DNA of 64,000 nt from Chlorokybus atmophyticus. Lineage: Eukaryota; Plantae; Mesostigma and Chlorokybus algae. The position numbers and the translations under genes were made by a program. The DNA lies in contig RHPI01003156.1 of the NCBI GenBank assembly GCA_009103225.1, forward strand, positions 1,050,159-1,114,158, in the 5' to 3' direction. Positions 61,000-64,000 of the stretch are shown one piece after another. Position 1 is the first letter of the stretch, and each line of letters begins with the position of its first letter. The notes below the pieces were generated by a model. The model worked only from the letters and a program-made list of their open reading frames with translations. It did no database searches and was not told the DNA's origin.

Positions 61000-63590
61000 T
61001 TAGCTCATACGGCAACTTCTACTTGTAAAAGTTTTTTAAGCTGAACCTATTTAAAGCGTTAATGCTTTCTCATTCATGTTTGCCAAATATTCAAGCAAGA
61101 AATATTCAAGCTTAGCTAATTTCGGCCAAGTTTTTATCCTTGTCTAAGCGCATAAGTGAGCTAATTGCTTAAAGGCCTCTTTCATGTATATCTTTGGCAG
61201 CCTTGATGCTTAAAAGGTGGATGTGAGCAAGTAAATTTGCGCAGCGAAGGCTTCAGGTAGTTTTAAAGAAGCTAAATGTAAAGGTTTTTGCACATTAGTG
61301 GAAGTAAAGATGTAACTTTCTTGCTCACAAAAAAGCCGTCAAATCTACATTAGAGCGTATTGACTACTCTATATCAAGGCTATCGGTAACAGTTACAGGC
61401 AAGTGGGTGCCATCGGCGAGATAAAATGTCAGTAAAGGCAATAAGGTTTGGTGATAAGTCAGCTTTAAATGTATAATGGGATCAGATGTGTGGCTTTGCT
61501 CAAGATTGTTTTTGCAGGTGGTTAAAATCTCTACCTGCGCTGATGATAACGAAATATTGGTCGCCTGTTTATAGGCCAATAGCGCGGGCTCTTGCTCAGG
61601 GTTGTAAGCGCGCTTGGCAGCAACAGCGGCAGCCAACTCCGGCAAATTTTGTCGGCCTCCAGCAATTGCAAACAGCGCTGCGCTTGCTAAATGCGGGTTT
61701 CAAGGCTCAAAATAGTTTGCAACTGCTTTTGCAGCGCAAAAAGAGATTTATTTGTGAGGGCGGGGTTGTCCTTTGGCACGTCTTCAAAACGCTGCCTAAC
61801 AAGGTGTTGCCGTAAAGGAAAGCTCCAAACAGCTACGGCCCTAATGCTAAACAGTCAGCTGTTGCACATCTGAGGTGTGGCAGCTGTGGCCAAGGAGTTA
61901 GCAGCCGTAAACAATATTCGTCGAGCAACAAAAGTATCGGCTGCAATAATGGGGTTGTAGGGCCGCTTTTAATATCACGGCAGAATATGTACGGCTTGCT
62001 AGCTAAGGTTTTAAAATACGACGGACCCCACGTTTAAAAGCGACAGCTCTGGCAAATGAAAAAAAGGCGGTAAGACTCTTTTTCAAACGAGAAACGGTGC
62101 CAGCTCTGGAAATAAGGGCGGTGCCATTTGCCAGAATTCCGGCGCTGGTGACTTGAGGGCGGTTAGTTTTGACGGCGGCAAAATAATGAGCAGCCCATCT
62201 ACAAGATATTTTTGTAGATTATCTTTTTGGAATTAACTAAATTCGCTAGCGTTTATCCACATTATTTTCAGTTTTTAAGTATAACTTGAACAGTTTAAAT
62301 ACATTGATGTTGGCCATAAGTGATGCTCGTTGTGCATAACTGCAGCGCTGGCTTAGCATGGCCAATAAATGCAGATTAACTCGAGGGTGTGAGGCTCTTG
62401 CCAAATCCCTTGCTAACTTTGTAAACAATAATTGATCAAGAGGTTTTCACTCTCGGCCACGAGAGTTAACAAAGTTAAGCTGTGACGAATAATTTTCAGC
62501 GCTTGGGCATGCTGCCGAGAGGCTAAATGAAAAAGTAATAATTGTAAGCTATCGTTAATAGTTTGAGCCTGCAAAATGTCGTTGGCGCTCATGCTGGCAA
62601 TAAACAATTCAGCTTAACCATGCGCGATTAATGTCGGCGTCAAAAACTACTTATTGGCTGGTTCTTTTGTTTTCCTGAGGCGAAGATAACTGACTATGCG
62701 GTATCAATGCTTGCCGCTGTTGACTGTCGTGCTTTCGTAGCATTAAATAAGGCCCCCCCAAAAAAAGGCTGGCGTGGCAGTTAACAGCAGCCAACGCGGA
62801 TCTTGCTGCCAAGCCCAACTGCCATCGGCTTGAGGCACAAAGCTCAAGTGGTAGCGTTGATTCTACAGACGTTATCCCCGCAGCGGTTTATCGCATGTAT
62901 AAAGTACCGGTCTTATCAACAAACCTTAATACCATTTGCAAGAGCGCCGGAAAAATGTTGAGGTGTGGCTAAACTTGAAGATTTTTTATCGCCTCAAAAG
63001 GGAGGCTCGGTGGCATCTTGATGGGGGCGCGCAATATAGTGAATTGTTTTTTGAGTTGCTGCTTGTATGGCTTCTTGCAACTTAGCTTTGAAAAGAATTT
63101 CTTGGTGTAGGTTTAACGCTGCAATAGCGGAGAGTTGTTTCCGTTGTAGTCCTTTGGCTATGGCACGTTATGGTTGCCAAGACCATTGTTAAAAATAATA
63201 ATGGTTGATGTTAACATAGAGGGCATTAGCGGAATATTATAGGCATATTCTTTCATGATTTTATGGCGCAGTTGTTGCAATAAAATTTTGCTCAGCTTAT
63301 GAATAAAAAAATTAGTGAAGCATTTCCATCCTCAAGAGCCAGAACGTTGACCAGTGTGCCAAGCTGCTGGAGTATCAATACAAGGTTGCGCTTGACCACA
63401 ATACCTTGGCAATAGTTTACTGTATAATGTTGTGGCGCCATTTGTTGCGGTCGGCAAAATAGCAAGAGAAATAAGTTAAAACAAAAATGAGTTTGGTTGC
63501 AAATCATGAAGAGTTTTTGCATCAATATTACCCCGAGCTATGACCCAAGCATTTTTGTTTTTGGTGGTTCTGAAGTGCGCATTGTGGGAA
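61000..63590 (-). pseudogene. Further decayed, intronless, bacterial-like coding sequence of unknown product(s)
   Basis: Same AT-rich composition as the mutL block. Protein-like minus-strand stretches broken by stops, e.g. LRQHLVRQRFEDVPKDNPALTNKSLFALQKQLQTILSLETRI* and the ORFs at 61364-61645, 62246-62428 and 62413-62607. Confidence 0.5.
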
Positions 63591-64000
63591 ACCATTGTAA
63601 TTGAGGGGGAGGTTACCTCATCCCTCAAGGGTACACCATACAACGAGGTGGAGCCGGTATAATGGGAGATCAACAACTCCGTACTGCGCGCATACGACTA
63701 GAAGTCACGCTGCACAGGTTGGAGGGCAGTGCATAAAGAGAGATGATGGGGATGCGAGAGGGCAGCGCAGCTCGAGCATGGATAGTGACATGGCTCGTCG
63801 CCAATAACCCTGCCGTCCCCATGTTTGCCTATGGCATTACAGCATTATTGTTGGGGGCGTTCATCCGTTCGCTACGACAAGCATATGATGAAGTTTCCAC
63901 CACTGCTCCAGACACCTTAGAGGGAGTGCAGGAGGCAATGCTACGTCTTCTAGGAATAGAAACAGCACGATAGCGTTGGCGCATCGCCATCGCTAATGAA

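Noticed and set aside
57000-63590. Live bacterial contaminant contig or a functional horizontally acquired operon
   Set aside because: Every recognisable gene is disrupted by stops, frameshifts or structural mutations and the junctions have no N. A chimeric join is not fully excluded without reads.

Overview
Eukaryotic nuclear scaffold from an intron-rich green alga. The plant-type HAC1, TRX z, LIN52 and telo-boxes, together with SBP2 and cilia-linked genes, suggest a flagellated green alga, possibly an early-diverging streptophyte (inference only). Host genes, in order: HAC1/CBP-p300 (minus, runs off the left edge), plastid thioredoxin z, SECIS-binding protein 2, a full-length NELF-B/COBRA1 homologue plus a pseudogenised partial tandem copy, a TTBK/CK1-family kinase with a CCCH zinc-finger and NURR-like tail, an orphan secreted protein, katanin p80, PTPDC1 and LIN52. 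Accessory DNA includes a palindromic TG...CA element with a 5-bp TSD built from 453-bp units that each carry a tRNA-like Pol III promoter, two MITE-like elements, and remnants of Penelope-like, Copia, RLE non-LTR and Gypsy-like elements. At about 57.0-63.6 kb lies a block of bacterial DNA in which the recognisable genes are all decayed (FHA-GGDEF cyclase, mutL, GNAT, CCA-encoding tRNA-Lys); this looks like an old bacteria-to-nucleus transfer. Assembly caveats: single-N joins at 12963 and 22737, a 326-N gap at 29931-30256, and a poly-C tract at 45097-45309. All homology calls were made by eye from remembered family motifs; no searches were run.
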